Shown: positions 9,281 to 21,240, counted from the stretch's first letter. The stretch: 64,000 bases of DNA from Clostridia bacterium (GCA_050951325.1 JBMNIW010000008.1:160001-224000); one strand, 5' to 3'. A program made the numbers and translations. Notes: generated by a model not told the origin, from the sequence alone.

Positions 9281-12134
9281 TCATTTCATTTTAACCACTG
9301 CTATCCACTTGTTGACAGCAAAGTCATCAATATCAATCTCAATACTGTCATCCAAAAACTCAAAACCTATTTCCCTATCCGCACTGAATACAAGTTCTCC
9401 ACATACATAAGCTTTGAAACCATTTGCATCTTCAGGAAAAGGAACTTTTATCCTCTGCTTCTTGCTTCGTCTTTACTACAAACAGCTTTTCCACATTATC
9501 CTCCAGATGCAGGTCTACCACACCAAAGGCAATATCCGCCTTTTCGCCACAAAACTTGTATTCCGCATTCCCAATTACGATGCCTGTTGTGGCGCTTCCT
9601 GCAAAACCGACCAGATTGCCGTTTTCGTCCAAACGATACGTAAGCAAATCAATACCATTGTAAGATATTTCGCTGCCAAGAATGCTGAATTTTTCAAGGT
9701 TCAATTCAACAGGAGGAAGAATTCGTCCTTCCAGGGCTTTTTCATCTTCTTTTTCATCTCTAAAGAATTTGCCATCCCACTCTTCGTAAAAGGTTCTGTA
9801 ATGGTTCGTCACAGACACACTGCCGTTTGGGAATCTGCTAATCAAATACCTGCTGTCCTTGTTCCTTGACATGACCTCAAGTTCACTTCCATCATAGCAG
9901 CCAAGCTTTTCAAGCACTGAAAAAAGTGTATCCACATCCCTGCCGGTAGAGGTACTCTGGTCGTCCCTGAGTCTTGCACCAAAATATACACACAATCCAC
10001 CTGATGGATATCTTTTGACAGTACCTACAATAAACTCGTCAAGTCTTGCTGCAACTTCGGTACCTTCTTTCGGAGTCACAGGATAGACAAAATCAGGCCT
10101 TAAGTCTGTCAAAATCTCCATGTCCAATACTCCGTTCAATGAATTTTCAAACCTTATCTTTCTGTCCTTGAAAGTTCGTTCAAGATATGCTTTTTCACAA
10201 GCACTGACACCAAAAAGTTCTTCAAAATCCCCACGAACAAGAGGAGAGCTTAAAGTATCAACAGGATGCATGGAAGTCCATACAACCTTGCCGCCACTAT
10301 CTACAAACTTCTTCATTAGTTCAAGAGTTTCTTTTTTTATGAAAGGCGAGAACAAGACAAGCAGCGTTGAATATTTTCTTCCGCTGATAAAAATATATCC
10401 GTCTTCCACCTTCTCAAAATGCTGGTGGATTTTCTCTTCTGTTATGTAGTTGCAGTAGCCAAACTGTACCATCCAGCTTCCAAAGCGTTCCTCCACATAA
10501 TTCAGATCAAGCGGATACAAGGCAAGAACATTTGTAAGTCTTGGAGAAAACGCCTGAACAAGGTTGTGTTCAAACCTTCCTGTAAGATTGCCGTATGCAG
10601 CACCCACATTCCTAAGGTGTCTGAGAACACTATGAGGGCTTCCCCAACTGCCGTTGTAGGCAATGGGAGTTTTGTTCAGCACTGCCAAACTGCATGCAAA
10701 TGCCTGACTGTAGTAGTTTCTGTCAATAAAACCGCCCTCTGGATGGTCCGTACCCCCTCCGGTTAAAAACTCATTCCATCTGAAATAGTCATAACATGCC
10801 GCAATATTCTCCCTTATGGATGAACTCCAGTAATAATGCGGAGTGTAATCGTATCTTGAGATATCTCCTTTCTGCAGCTCGGAGAATCTGGCTTCCTTAT
10901 AGAACCTGTCACAGGTAGGAGACTCCTGCCAGGTAGCATGGGCACTTGTCAATATTTCTCTGCCGAAAACCTTCTCCGCATACGCTTTTGCCTCATTGCA
11001 CAAATCCACCACCTGTCTTGAGAGCATCTCAAAGTATCTTTTTCTAAAAAGCCATGTTTCATAAATGCTCTTTTCATCCTTGCCAAACATATGCTGGCTT
11101 GGTTCATTATCGCCGTGCTGATGATACGAGAAAAATACCATCATTTTTTCAAAGTCACGGTATTTCTCACCATACCTTCTTGCATACTCATCAACCAGGC
11201 CTCTTGACACATATCTCGTATTTATTTCCGTCTCCCCAAAATGATTGAACAAATCCCAATCAAACTGTATGTGCATCTCGTCGGAATAAAAACCCATGTA
11301 TGTAATGCCCATCTCTTTGTGCCTGTCAATTATTCCTTTCATGTAGTCAAGAGCATCATGGGAAAAATAGTCAAGCTCGGGAGTCCTGTATTTCAAAACC
11401 ACCATGCACTTTTTGTACCTGTCCTTGTAAGGGCTTTTGCCAAACACAGTTATGTCTCCATGACCGTAGCCATTGAAGGATACCTCAATGGACGACTCAT
11501 CTACTTCATAACTTGCACTCTCAGATATGTCCATAATTTCATCAGGATTTACATAGTAAAGATTTGTGTTTTCAATTCTTTCTTCATTGAACACATAAAC
11601 CATCACCTTTACCAGTTCCAGTTTGGCAGGTCCCTTGTTGTTCATCCACTGGGTCTGAAAATCCATCCTGACCTCATAACCGCCGTCGCCATTTACCTCC
11701 CCTTCCATGTACTGGCAGGTAAAACCGGTATTCTCATGGGTTTTAACATAACCTCCCCCTACATCAAGAGGAGATACAATGCTTGCAGAAAAACCCATGC
11801 CGTGTTCCTTTGCCACATCATGGATTATCTTGTAGGCCTTGAGTGTCTTTTCGCTGTCAGGGTAATTCTCCCTCGTGCTTCCACCAAAGAAGAAGTCATA
11901 GGAAACAGACAGCATTTCCGCCCGGTTTCTTTGCCCACCCATGCATATGTCAAGAAGGGACGTATTCTCCGGGTACAAGGATCTTCTCTCCAGGGAAAAA
12001 CCTCTGTCCTCCTTGTCAATCAACGGTTTTGCCGGATCCTCGATAATATTGTCCAGAGTTTTTTCATCGGTGATTATGAGGCTTGCACCTCTTACAAACA
12101 TGTTGAAAACCCCTGTCTTCTTCACCAGTTTCAT
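9281..12134 (-). CDS. Large putative glycoside hydrolase (TIM barrel + GATase-like domain); frameshift near 9467
   Basis: GFYSDEMH motif and KFVDSGGKVV GATase-like segment. A second frame continues KKQRIKVPFP...AVVKMK* to 9281, just upstream of the next gene. Confidence 0.55.
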
Positions 12135-12209
12135 AAAAAACCTCCTTTACGCATAAATCTAAAGCCATTATATATCTCCCAAAAAGAAAAGTGCAACATT
12201 GAATTGCAC

Positions 12210-13208
12210 TTATCTGTTCGTTATCTTTCCAATATTCTTTAGATTTATTGAAATGGTTCCGTCCTCATTGTTTACAAACTCCACATACTCAGGGTTGTTG
12301 AAGCAAGTGTTGGGAATGGTTATTTCAATACCCGTATCCGTCTTTATCTTGTGCACATGCACGCTTCTTTTTACATAATCCCTGTCCACTTTGACAACTT
12401 CAGGAAAGCCGTATTCTTTCGCTTTTGACTCAAATTCCTCCATCATTGTTTCGTTTCCGGAAAACACATTCCGCCCCAAATCTATAGGATCAAGAGTTTC
12501 GCTTTCCTCAAGATTTTCTGCAATATATGCTTTGGCTTTAGTAAGGGTTTTAGTAGCGTCTCCACCAAACTCATCCGTAACTTCCGCCACTATTTTGTTG
12601 ACCATTTTCACAGCTTCTTTCGTGGACAAAGAAGATGCACACATAAGTATCCTTTCAGACAGCACGAAAGTATCCTTTCCATCTATGTTTCTTTTCTTTT
12701 CCGCAAAACATATGGAAAAGTCATCAAGACATACAATTGCATACTCACTCAGCTTCTGTGTTGCACCAGGAAGAATTGAATAGTGTTTTACAATCTCTCC
12801 CCTTACCCCGTATTCATCACTAATTACATTATGGGTAAAAGCTGTCTTGTTTTCAAAAAACAGCATGCAGAGATACTTTCTGTCATCAAGAAGCACGTCC
12901 GCCACCAGGACGTCCGTGGAAACAGGGAGACTGGAGTTTGAAATATTGTCATGCATTTGGTTTGCAACAACTTGCGACAGTGTAATAAAGTCAAGCTCCC
13001 CATTTACATACTCAACAATCATTCTCCACATTTCGCTTTCTTCAAGAAAGCGTCCTTCTTTTCTTCCCGCATCCTGCAGTGACCTTTGAACATGTTTTTC
13101 CAGAAACTTAAACACATGTTCATTCGAAACATCCATTTCCTTCTCTGAAAAAACAAACACTCCCGAAACAAAGTCAAGAACATGCAATATCGCTTTATTC
13201 ATAACCAT
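12210..13208 (-). CDS. Nucleoid-associated protein (NdpA/YejK 37-kDa family)
   Basis: KAILHVLD N-terminus, KIKTDTGIEITIP, NEDGTISINLKNI. Confidence 0.8.
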   Translation of the reverse strand: MVMNKAILHVLDFVSGVFVFSEKEMDVSNEHVFKFLEKHVQRSLQDAGRKEGRFLEESEMWRMIVEYVNGELDFITLSQVVANQMHDNISNSSLPVSTDVLVADVLLDDRKYLCMLFFENKTAFTHNVISDEYGVRGEIVKHYSILPGATQKLSEYAIVCLDDFSICFAEKKRNIDGKDTFVLSERILMCASSLSTKEAVKMVNKIVAEVTDEFGGDATKTLTKAKAYIAENLEESETLDPIDLGRNVFSGNETMMEEFESKAKEYGFPEVVKVDRDYVKRSVHVHKIKTDTGIEITIPNTCFNNPEYVEFVNNEDGTISINLKNIGKITNR

Positions 13209-13210
13209 AC

Positions 13211-13789
13211 CTATTCCTCATCCCTTTTTATAGTTTTCAAGTAAATGCCCTTTTCATCGACACAATCCAGGCTGTTTAAATTACACACTTCCATTATGCT
13301 TCTCCACCTTGCTTCCATATCCTCATGGTACAGCATGGGCTTGAAACCTGCTTTTAAATAACTTCTTATGGCAGGCACCCTAAAGTCATCCGTTTTTAGA
13401 TAAGCGTTTTCCATGCCGTTATCGAAAAATACTTTCAGAGCAAGATTCGTGAGTGCAGAACCAAGACCTCTCCCCCTGAACTCCTTCTTTACAGCCACCA
13501 TATGTACATACCCTTGCTTTTTCTCCGGGTACATAATGGCGGTAACTGTACCGACCTCTTCACCATCAAAGCATATGAAATAGATATGCTCTTTTTGCAC
13601 CCCTTCACGGTTTAGCATATCCCTTTCAAAGTCTTCCACAGTAATAATTGTGTTCTGCAGGTCAACACTGGTAATCTCAACCCATTTGAAAACATCCTTC
13701 TCACCTTCATAGCTTCTTATGTAAAAGCCTTCAGGCAGTTTTACAACAGGCTCCTTCCCTGTATTGTCCCACCACATTTTCAGCTGCAT
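13211..13789 (-). CDS. GNAT N-acetyltransferase
   Basis: VHMVAVKKEFRGRGLG, LKTDDFRVPAIRSYLKAGF. Confidence 0.85.
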   Translation of the reverse strand: MQLKMWWDNTGKEPVVKLPEGFYIRSYEGEKDVFKWVEITSVDLQNTIITVEDFERDMLNREGVQKEHIYFICFDGEEVGTVTAIMYPEKKQGYVHMVAVKKEFRGRGLGSALTNLALKVFFDNGMENAYLKTDDFRVPAIRSYLKAGFKPMLYHEDMEARWRSIMEVCNLNSLDCVDEKGIYLKTIKRDEE

Positions 13790-13870
13790 ACCAATCCTCT
13801 CTCTTCAAATCAAAATTATTCAAAAGAGATTATACATCACCCAACCAAGTTCTGCAAAAGGCAAGTTCCC

Positions 13871-13897
13871 TAAGGTTTTTCATGGATATGTCGATAA
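13871..13897 (+). promoter_or_regulatory. Sigma-28 (SigD/FliA) promoter
   Basis: TAAG-N15-GTCGATAA, near the TAAA-N15-GCCGATAA consensus, upstream of a chemoreceptor. Confidence 0.75.
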
Positions 13898-13953
13898 TAT
13901 ACATGGTTTATTGACTTTTTAGGCAATAACTAAATTTTGAGAGGAGTATTTAC

Positions 13954-15877
13954 TTGATGAAGAGCATAAAAACCAAACTGGTTCTGTTACTATCTTTATT
14001 TATCCTAACCTCATCCATAAGTATTGGAATAACGAGCATTAGGGCATCAACCAGAACCGCAGTAAAAGAAGCAGAGAAAACCCTTTCATCCATTGCAAGA
14101 GAGTCTGCAAAACTGACAAAAAGCAGAATAGACTCACAGAAAATGATAGTGGAAATGCTGGCAATAAATGAGGATATAAAAAGTATGGACTGGGAGAAAC
14201 AAAGGTCAGTCCTGCAGAAATATGCAAAAGAAACCAGTGTGCTGGACCTTGCCATTGTCCACCTGGATGGAACTGCATACTACCCTGACGGAAGCACCAG
14301 TCAGCTTGGAGACAGGGAATACGTGCAAAAGGCTTTCCAGGGCAAGGCCAATGTCTCCGACCTTCTGGTAAGCAGAGTCACAAACAATGTGGTTCTCATG
14401 TTTGCAGCGCCAATTATCAATGATGGCAAGGTTGATGCTGCCATAATTGCACGCATGGACGGTAACACTTTGAGTGATTTGGCCAGTGATACCGGCTTTG
14501 GAAAAGACGGCTATGGTTATTTGGTTAATGACAAAGGTACAGTTGTAGGTCATCCGGACAGGGACCTGGTATTGAGCCAATTCAACCCTCTGGAAGAAAG
14601 CAAAGTAGACGAAAGCTACAAACCCCTTGCCTCGGTTGTCAAATATATAATCGAAAAGAAAAGCGGAGTAACCAGCTATTCCCATGATGGAATGGCTCTT
14701 TACGCAAGCTTTGCACCTGTGGAAGACAGCAACTGGTTTTTTGTAATTACAGCAAGTGAGGATGAGGTTTTGTCCAGTCTTCACTCACTCCAGCTGTACA
14801 TATCAATTATGGTGACAGTCATTCTGCTTACTGCCATGACTTTGGCGTTTTTCCTTGGCAGAGCGATTGCCAAGCCAATTATTGAAACAGTTAAATACTC
14901 GGAGAACATTGCAAACCTTAACCTCAGCACGGATGTACCCACAAAGCTCCAGGAGAAGAAGGATGAAATAGGGGTACTTGCAAGAGCAATACAGACCGTG
15001 ATTGATAATCTCAACAAGATTATGCAGGAGATTAACGTATCTTCTGAAAATGTTGCCAATGGCGCAAGACTGGTTTCCGAATCCAGTCTGGAACTATCAC
15101 AAGCAACCACCGAGCAGGCAAGTTCCGTGGAGGAGCTTTCAGCTTCATTGAAGGAGATCTCCGTGCACACAAAACACAACGCCAACAAGGCAAACGAGGC
15201 AAATGCCCTTGCTTCAAACACCAGAAACAATGCATTAAACTGCAACGAGAAAATGACCAGGATGCTGGAAGCCATGGAAGAGATAAATGTGTCCTCCAAT
15301 AACATTTCAAGTATTATAAAAGTAATAGATGATATTGCGTTCCAGACAAATATCCTTGCTCTCAATGCCGCAGTGGAGGCAGCAAGAGCCCAGGAACACG
15401 GCAGAGGTTTTTCCGTAGTTGCAGAAGAAGTCAGAAATCTTGCACAAAGGTCTGCACAGGCTGCCAAGGAAACTTCCAACCTTATCAAAAACTCCATAAG
15501 AAAAGCTGAGAATGGAGCGAAAATTGCCGAAGAAACGGCAGTTGAACTGAACAAAATTGTGGAAGACATAACCACGAGTGGCTGAACTTGTCAAAAGCAT
15601 AGCCGATGCATCAAACGAGCAGTCAATGGGTATTGCGCAAATCAGCGAGGGAATCTTCCAGGTGTCTCAGGTTATTCAGTCAAATACAGCCACCTCTGAA
15701 GAAGGAGCTGCAGCAAGCGAGCACCTGTCCAATCAGGCGGATTTCCTGCGCAACACTGTTGCAAGATTCAAGTTAAAGGAAATGAAAATGGATAACGACG
15801 CAATGCCAAAGGAAGAAATTGCAGCAAAGCCTGTTAACAACAAAACATACAGAAATACTGATTTCGGAAAATACTAA
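13954..15877 (+). CDS. Methyl-accepting chemotaxis protein (dCache-HAMP-MA); frameshift near 15577
   Basis: DREY Cache motif, IAFQTNILALNAAVEAARA. ORF 15578-15877 supplies the missing C-terminal signalling helix. Confidence 0.9.
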
Positions 15878-17475
15878 TCTTTTATGACATCAGCCTGCCT
15901 GGCAAGCATTACAAGGCAGGCTGATGTTGTAAGTACAAGATTGAAATGAAAGAACCTGTAATCTTTACCGCAAAGAAGCAGCATTGTTCCTAGATTGTAA
16001 GCAAGATTGGGAATCACAAACATTAAGGTTTTTGCCCCGTTTCTTTGTATGGAAAACAGACCAACCATCATTAAAACAAGCATCTGAACTCCAAAAAGAG
16101 CAAAAATTGTTTCCATGACAGGAATATTTATTGCCATATCCACTATCCTTACAAAAAACATGCAAAACCTGTTTATGAATGTATTTTTGTATGTATAACC
16201 TATCTCTTCTCCATTGGTTACAACATTTATTCTCGCACCCTCCCCGCTTACCTTCCACACAAAACCCGTAAGTTCCCTGACAGCAAGAAAAGAGTTTTTG
16301 GGATCCCTTTTGATTGTATCAAGGGTCATCACGAAAAACTCCCTGGCGGATATATTGTTAACCACTTCCTGATGCATGCTCTCAAACTTGATAGAGTTGT
16401 AATTTCCACATTCATAAACTTCTTCCCACTTTTCAGCAGGTGCAATATCCAAAAGAAAGTTTCTTGTTTTCTCAGGCAGCACTTCCATGTTCTTCTTCAT
16501 CACATCCCCCATTATGGTCATGGGTATGCCAACCGATTCTGAGAATACATTGTCTGGTTTTGTTACATTTAACATGTTGTAAAAAGGACCAACAACAAGA
16601 AAATATATGGCAAGTACCGCAGCGGGAAGAAAAATTGCCTTCTTTGACTTTTTGAAATAGAAAAGGACAATAAACAAAACAAGAGGCAGCGTATAGAAAA
16701 AGGCATTATGTCTTACCAATGTTGCAAATGCAGTCAAAACAGACAGCAAAACAACATTTCTCATCCTGGAAAGCCACAGCCCGTCGGTAAAATAGATGTT
16801 TGTTACAAAAGAAAATAAAAACATAAGGAAAATGGTCAAGGCTGCATCCTTCCAGCCATACATAAGAAGATTTCTAACCAAAGGATTCAAAACAACAAAC
16901 AATTCAACAGTCATCAGAACTTTCTTTGAAAAACCCCAGGACTCCAGAGTCGAAAGCAAATATCCCATGGCTATACTGAAAAACACAATTTGAACAAATA
17001 TGACAAAGGGGTAAGAATTAACAATTCTTGTTGTCAGGTACATCAAGAATGTATGGAAAACTGGATGCCAGTTGTCAAACTCGAAGGACTGTATCTGCTT
17101 CCACTGGGACACATTGTCTGGCGAGATTCCTCCTGGAAAGTATGCCAGAAATGTAACAAACAGGATGACAAAACAGATCAATGAGCAAAAAAAGAAAGTT
17201 CTTTTATTCAATTTTGATTTTTCTGCATTTACCTTGATATATTTGTTTTTTAGTTTGTGACAAAAGAACACAAGCAGATTGAAGAAGACGAATGCGTAAA
17301 TAAAAAAAAGCAATAAAGAGGCTACATGGATTTCACTGTATGCAAGAAAGGTAACCGCGGATATGTAAAATGAAAGACAGATGCAAAGAAGTGTAAACAG
17401 AATCCTTCTTGGCTTTGACATATCCTTGTAAAAACCTTTCACAAACTCCATGTATCCCTTTATTGAATATTTCAT
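15874..17475 (-). CDS. Polytopic membrane protein, DUF6020 / GT-C glycosyltransferase-like
   Basis: PGGISPD..QW, DNWHPVFHT, WKD, RHN, DYRF motifs; many TM segments. Confidence 0.65.
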   Translation of the reverse strand: MKYSIKGYMEFVKGFYKDMSKPRRILFTLLCICLSFYISAVTFLAYSEIHVASLLLFFIYAFVFFNLLVFFCHKLKNKYIKVNAEKSKLNKRTFFFCSLICFVILFVTFLAYFPGGISPDNVSQWKQIQSFEFDNWHPVFHTFLMYLTTRIVNSYPFVIFVQIVFFSIAMGYLLSTLESWGFSKKVLMTVELFVVLNPLVRNLLMYGWKDAALTIFLMFLFSFVTNIYFTDGLWLSRMRNVVLLSVLTAFATLVRHNAFFYTLPLVLFIVLFYFKKSKKAIFLPAAVLAIYFLVVGPFYNMLNVTKPDNVFSESVGIPMTIMGDVMKKNMEVLPEKTRNFLLDIAPAEKWEEVYECGNYNSIKFESMHQEVVNNISAREFFVMTLDTIKRDPKNSFLAVRELTGFVWKVSGEGARINVVTNGEEIGYTYKNTFINRFCMFFVRIVDMAINIPVMETIFALFGVQMLVLMMVGLFSIQRNGAKTLMFVIPNLAYNLGTMLLLCGKDYRFFHFNLVLTTSACLVMLARQADVIKD

Positions 17476-17500
17476 TTAAATCTATTCTCCCTTCAGTTTC

Positions 17501-17764
17501 TCATATCTTACGATTCCTGAAGTACAATGCGATATCCGTCAACACCATAATGATATTGGGAAAATAAAACCAAAACGCCAGATTGTATGTATGCGACATC
17601 AGCTTTGATATTATACCACACAAATACCCCAATGCAATAAAACACATGAATAAAAGGCTTTTGCCTTTTGTTGATTTTGAGCGTACTGATCTGATAATCG
17701 ACATAGGCCAGGATACACCGAAGCAGACGATCATCAGTGTTTCAAGAATATCGTGCAATTCCAT
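17501..17764 (-). CDS. Small PQ-loop-like membrane protein
   Basis: CFGVSWP...KSTKGKS; three TM segments. Confidence 0.7.
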   Translation of the reverse strand: MELHDILETLMIVCFGVSWPMSIIRSVRSKSTKGKSLLFMCFIALGYLCGIISKLMSHTYNLAFWFYFPNIIMVLTDIALYFRNRKI

Positions 17765-17781
17765 TTAATCTCCAATCCTTT

Positions 17782-19158
17782 CTAAATCATATCTTCAGGT
17801 TTGAACACCTTGTCAAACTCCTCTTCTGTAAGGAAACCCAGCTTCAAGCATGCTTCTTTTAGTGAAATATTCTCCTCATAGGCAAGTCTGGCAGTCCTGG
17901 CTGCATTCTCATATCCTATATAAGGATTAAGTGCAGTAACCAGCATTAAAGAATTATGCAGATTTGATCTCATCTTGTCCTTGTTTGCCTTTATGCCGGA
18001 GGCACAATTATCATTGAAAGAAACAATTGCATCTGACAAAAGCCTTACCGACTGTAAAAAGTTATATATACATACCGGCATGTAAACATTAAGCTGGAAG
18101 TTCCCCTGGGATGCGGCAATGGTTATTGTGGTGTCGTTGCCCATAACTTGTGCTGCCACCATGGTTAGTGCTTCACACTGGGTGGGATTTACTTTTCCAG
18201 GCATGATAGATGAACCTGGTTCATTCTCCGGAATTGAAATCTCGCCAAGACCGCATCTTGGACCACTGGCAAGGAACCGTACATCGTTTGCAATTTTCAT
18301 CAAATCACAAGCAAGAGCTTTAATGGCGCCATGGGCATTGACAATTTCATTTTTGGAAGTTAGGGAATGAAACTTGTTTTGGCTTGTTCTAAACTTTTTT
18401 CCCGTAATCTCTGAAATTTGCTTTGCCACCTCCACATCAAATCCTTTGGGAGCATTCAAACCTGTTCCTACCGCAGTGCCACCCAAAGCGATATCACAAA
18501 GCCCGGTCAAAGAGTTTTCCATCATCTCTTTTGCCTTCTCAAGACTATATCTCCACCCGCTTATTTCCTGGGAAAAGGCAATGGGCGTTGCGTCCTGCAG
18601 ATGAGTCCTTCCCGTCTTGACTATGCCTTCATTCTCTTTTTCAAGTCTTTTGAACGTTCCAATCAGTTTGTTCAGTGCCGGCAAAAGCCTGTCTTCGATC
18701 CCCAGGACAGCAGCAATATGCATAGCCGTTGGAAATGTATCGTTGGATGACTGACTCATGTTGACATCATCATTTGGATGAAGAAGCTTCTTTCCACATA
18801 ACTCGTTTCCCCTGTTTGCAATTACTTCATTTACATTCATATTTGTCTGGGTGCCGCTTCCTGTCTGCCATACCACCAGCGGAAAGTGTTCATCCAGCTT
18901 TCCTTCCATAATCTCATCGCAAACATTGCAGATAACTTCCATCTTCTCTTGGGTCATCCTCGTTGGGTTTTGCTCATGGTTTGCCACCGCACAAGCCTTC
19001 TTGATTATGGCAAAAGCATATATTATTTCTTTTGGCATAAGTTCAAGACCAACACCAATTCTAAAATTCACAAGACTTCTCTGGGTCTGGGCTCCCCAGT
19101 ATTTATCCGCTGGAACCCTTACCTCTCCCATCGAATCATGTTCCACTCGATACTCCAT
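17782..19158 (-). CDS. fumC: Class II fumarate hydratase
   Basis: WQTGSGTQTNMN, GRTHLQDATP, GSSIMPGKVNPTQCE. Confidence 0.97.
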   Translation of the reverse strand: MEYRVEHDSMGEVRVPADKYWGAQTQRSLVNFRIGVGLELMPKEIIYAFAIIKKACAVANHEQNPTRMTQEKMEVICNVCDEIMEGKLDEHFPLVVWQTGSGTQTNMNVNEVIANRGNELCGKKLLHPNDDVNMSQSSNDTFPTAMHIAAVLGIEDRLLPALNKLIGTFKRLEKENEGIVKTGRTHLQDATPIAFSQEISGWRYSLEKAKEMMENSLTGLCDIALGGTAVGTGLNAPKGFDVEVAKQISEITGKKFRTSQNKFHSLTSKNEIVNAHGAIKALACDLMKIANDVRFLASGPRCGLGEISIPENEPGSSIMPGKVNPTQCEALTMVAAQVMGNDTTITIAASQGNFQLNVYMPVCIYNFLQSVRLLSDAIVSFNDNCASGIKANKDKMRSNLHNSLMLVTALNPYIGYENAARTARLAYEENISLKEACLKLGFLTEEEFDKVFKPEDMI

Positions 19159-19213
19159 CCTTCCCTACTTCCTTTCTGTTTTCTTCCTACCATATAGTTA
19201 TATCAAAACTCAA

Positions 19214-20350
19214 TCATTTCCGCAATCCAAGACACTTGTTAAGCCTTATCGTCTCAACAAGAGCACAGTACTTGTCCGCAATACAGATAATCAGTGCTTC
19301 CTTGTTCTTCGGTATCCTAGTTATATTTAGAGGCCACATGTGGCTCCTTATGGCGTGGCGTTCCTTTTCGGATATGTTAAAATACTTCACAGCGTTGTTG
19401 CATGCTATCTCCGCATGATGAAAGCCATGCAGTTTTCGTTCACTGTCTTCCTCATGCCAGTCGTACAGAAACAGATCATGAAGAATCGCAGCCTCGACAA
19501 GCGCCTTTTCATCCGCATTCAAGTTCAACTTTTGGTTTATAAGATAACTGATCCATGCCACGTTTTCGCAATGCTCAAGAGTTGTCGTGTTTCCATGCTG
19601 TATGTATTTGTCCATCTGCAGCACTATTTCATGCTCAAAGTATTCCCTCACAAGCTCCTCAAACCGCTGTTCCCTCAGCTGTCTTGCTATACGGTTCCTG
19701 TGACCAGGAAACTTGAAAATCCTTATACGCTGGACTGATTTGTTGTATAGATTTTCCTTGTACCCGAACAACTTGTCCACAATGTTTGTCATGCGGTTCT
19801 GAAAACCTTCCTCAATGGCAGTAACCTGCTTCTGAAAGTTTGTAAGAGATGAAACTGTAAGTGCCGTATCTATGGATAAAAGGGCAACAAACAAAAGAGA
19901 AAAAGCATCCAGCATTGGTTTTGGTGCTTTTTCAAGAAATAAATACAGCGCAGGAATCAAACCCTTCATCAGCACAATGGCTCCGACACCAAACGCAACA
20001 GAAGTAGGCATACTGCTTCTTCCCTTCAGATTCAATGGAAGAGTACTGTAGTCCCACCATCTAGCATTGAACAGCTTTTCAAGAAGCCAGGAGGTGAAGT
20101 ATTCCAATATCATGCTTGTTGCAAAACCAAGAAGAAAAACAACCCACCAGCTGGTTTCAGGCAGATAGCCTTTCTCAGTAAGATCATGCATAAGAAAACA
20201 TGCCAGTGAACCAAATCCATAAATCGGACAAACAGGTCCATATAAGAACCCTCTGTTGGCCCACTTTTTGTCCCTCAAGGTACAGTATATGCTTTCCCAT
20301 ACCCATCCAAGAAAACTGAAAAGAAAAAAAGCGACAACATACCTGTTCAT
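19214..20350 (-). CDS. DUF1113/CmpB-like membrane domain fused to an HD phosphohydrolase
   Basis: NRGFLYGPVCPIYG and WWDYS in the N-terminal half; QHG.TT..H, LHDLFLYDWH, SHMWP, ADK in the C-terminal half. Confidence 0.8.
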   Translation of the reverse strand: MNRYVVAFFLFSFLGWVWESIYCTLRDKKWANRGFLYGPVCPIYGFGSLACFLMHDLTEKGYLPETSWWVVFLLGFATSMILEYFTSWLLEKLFNARWWDYSTLPLNLKGRSSMPTSVAFGVGAIVLMKGLIPALYLFLEKAPKPMLDAFSLLFVALLSIDTALTVSSLTNFQKQVTAIEEGFQNRMTNIVDKLFGYKENLYNKSVQRIRIFKFPGHRNRIARQLREQRFEELVREYFEHEIVLQMDKYIQHGNTTTLEHCENVAWISYLINQKLNLNADEKALVEAAILHDLFLYDWHEEDSERKLHGFHHAEIACNNAVKYFNISEKERHAIRSHMWPLNITRIPKNKEALIICIADKYCALVETIRLNKCLGLRK

Positions 20351-20451
20351 CGCACCAACTTCCTTTCGTTTTCACATTTGCGGTTAAAAATATATTTCAG
20401 CAAGAAATGTTTGACAAGTCGTCATAAAGTCAAAAGAACCCAACAAGGGTT

Positions 20452-21138
20452 CTATTTGCCTGTCACAAGCTGCGCAAGTTCCAAAGGTTCAACATATTTT
20501 CCATCCTTGTACGCGCGCATGTTGCCTCCTGATATTTCATCTATCAAAGCAATATGTCTGTCCTCTCCAACTCTTCCAAATTCCAGCTTTATATCGTAAA
20601 GCTCAATACCCCTTTCTGCTAGGTCCTGTTTAATAATGTCGGATATTCTTTTTGTAAGACCTTTTAAAGTATCGTATTCCTCCTGAGTCATGATACCCAG
20701 CATTACAAGGGCATCCTTTCCAATTGGAGGGTCGTTTCTTAAATCATCCTTCAAGGTAAACTCAACAAAACCGTCAAGCACTTGTCCTTCTTTGGCATAC
20801 TTGCCATATCGTCTTATGAAGCTGCCTACCGCACGATAACGGCATATGACTTCAAGACCATCTCCAAAAGGTGTTGCCTTTTTTACCTTCATTGATACGT
20901 CATCCAAGTCAGCTGATATATAGTGAGTGGGTACTCCCATCTCATTCAGCTTCTCGAAATAGTATTTAGTCATCCTAAGTCCGGCAAGACCTGCTCCTTC
21001 AATTGTCAAGCCTACTGCATTTGCTCCCGGATCAAACACACCATCTTCACCAGTTGCATCGTCCTTGAATTTCAAAAGTATGTTTCCATCTTCAAGTTCG
21101 TATACGTCTTTTGTCTTTCCCTTGTACACCAGCTTCAT
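20452..21138 (-). CDS. purC: SAICAR synthetase
   Basis: YKGKTKDVY, LYDIKLEFG, LIDEISGGNMR. Confidence 0.92.
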   Translation of the reverse strand: MKLVYKGKTKDVYELEDGNILLKFKDDATGEDGVFDPGANAVGLTIEGAGLAGLRMTKYYFEKLNEMGVPTHYISADLDDVSMKVKKATPFGDGLEVICRYRAVGSFIRRYGKYAKEGQVLDGFVEFTLKDDLRNDPPIGKDALVMLGIMTQEEYDTLKGLTKRISDIIKQDLAERGIELYDIKLEFGRVGEDRHIALIDEISGGNMRAYKDGKYVEPLELAQLVTGK

Positions 21139-21198
21139 AACACAAATCCTTTCTGTTAATTTGTATACCCTAGTATATTATCACTAAAAAGGAAAAAA

Positions 21199-21240
21199 AT
21201 AAATACATGCCCAACCAATTTTGTCAGGCATGTATTTATC
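21199..21240 (-). terminator. Intrinsic terminator
   Basis: AAATACATGCC...GGCATGTATTT stem followed by a T-run on the minus strand. Confidence 0.7.

Noticed and set aside
11241-12242. 333-aa plus-strand ORF and similar antisense ORFs (e.g. 14781-15575)
   Set aside because: Shadow frames of real genes, with no RBS or recognisable motifs.
15560-15590. Programmed frameshift in the MCP
   Set aside because: No slippery heptamer or stimulatory hairpin seen; consistent with the other indels.
21140-21200. Purine riboswitch upstream of purC
   Set aside because: The leader is too short and has no aptamer consensus.
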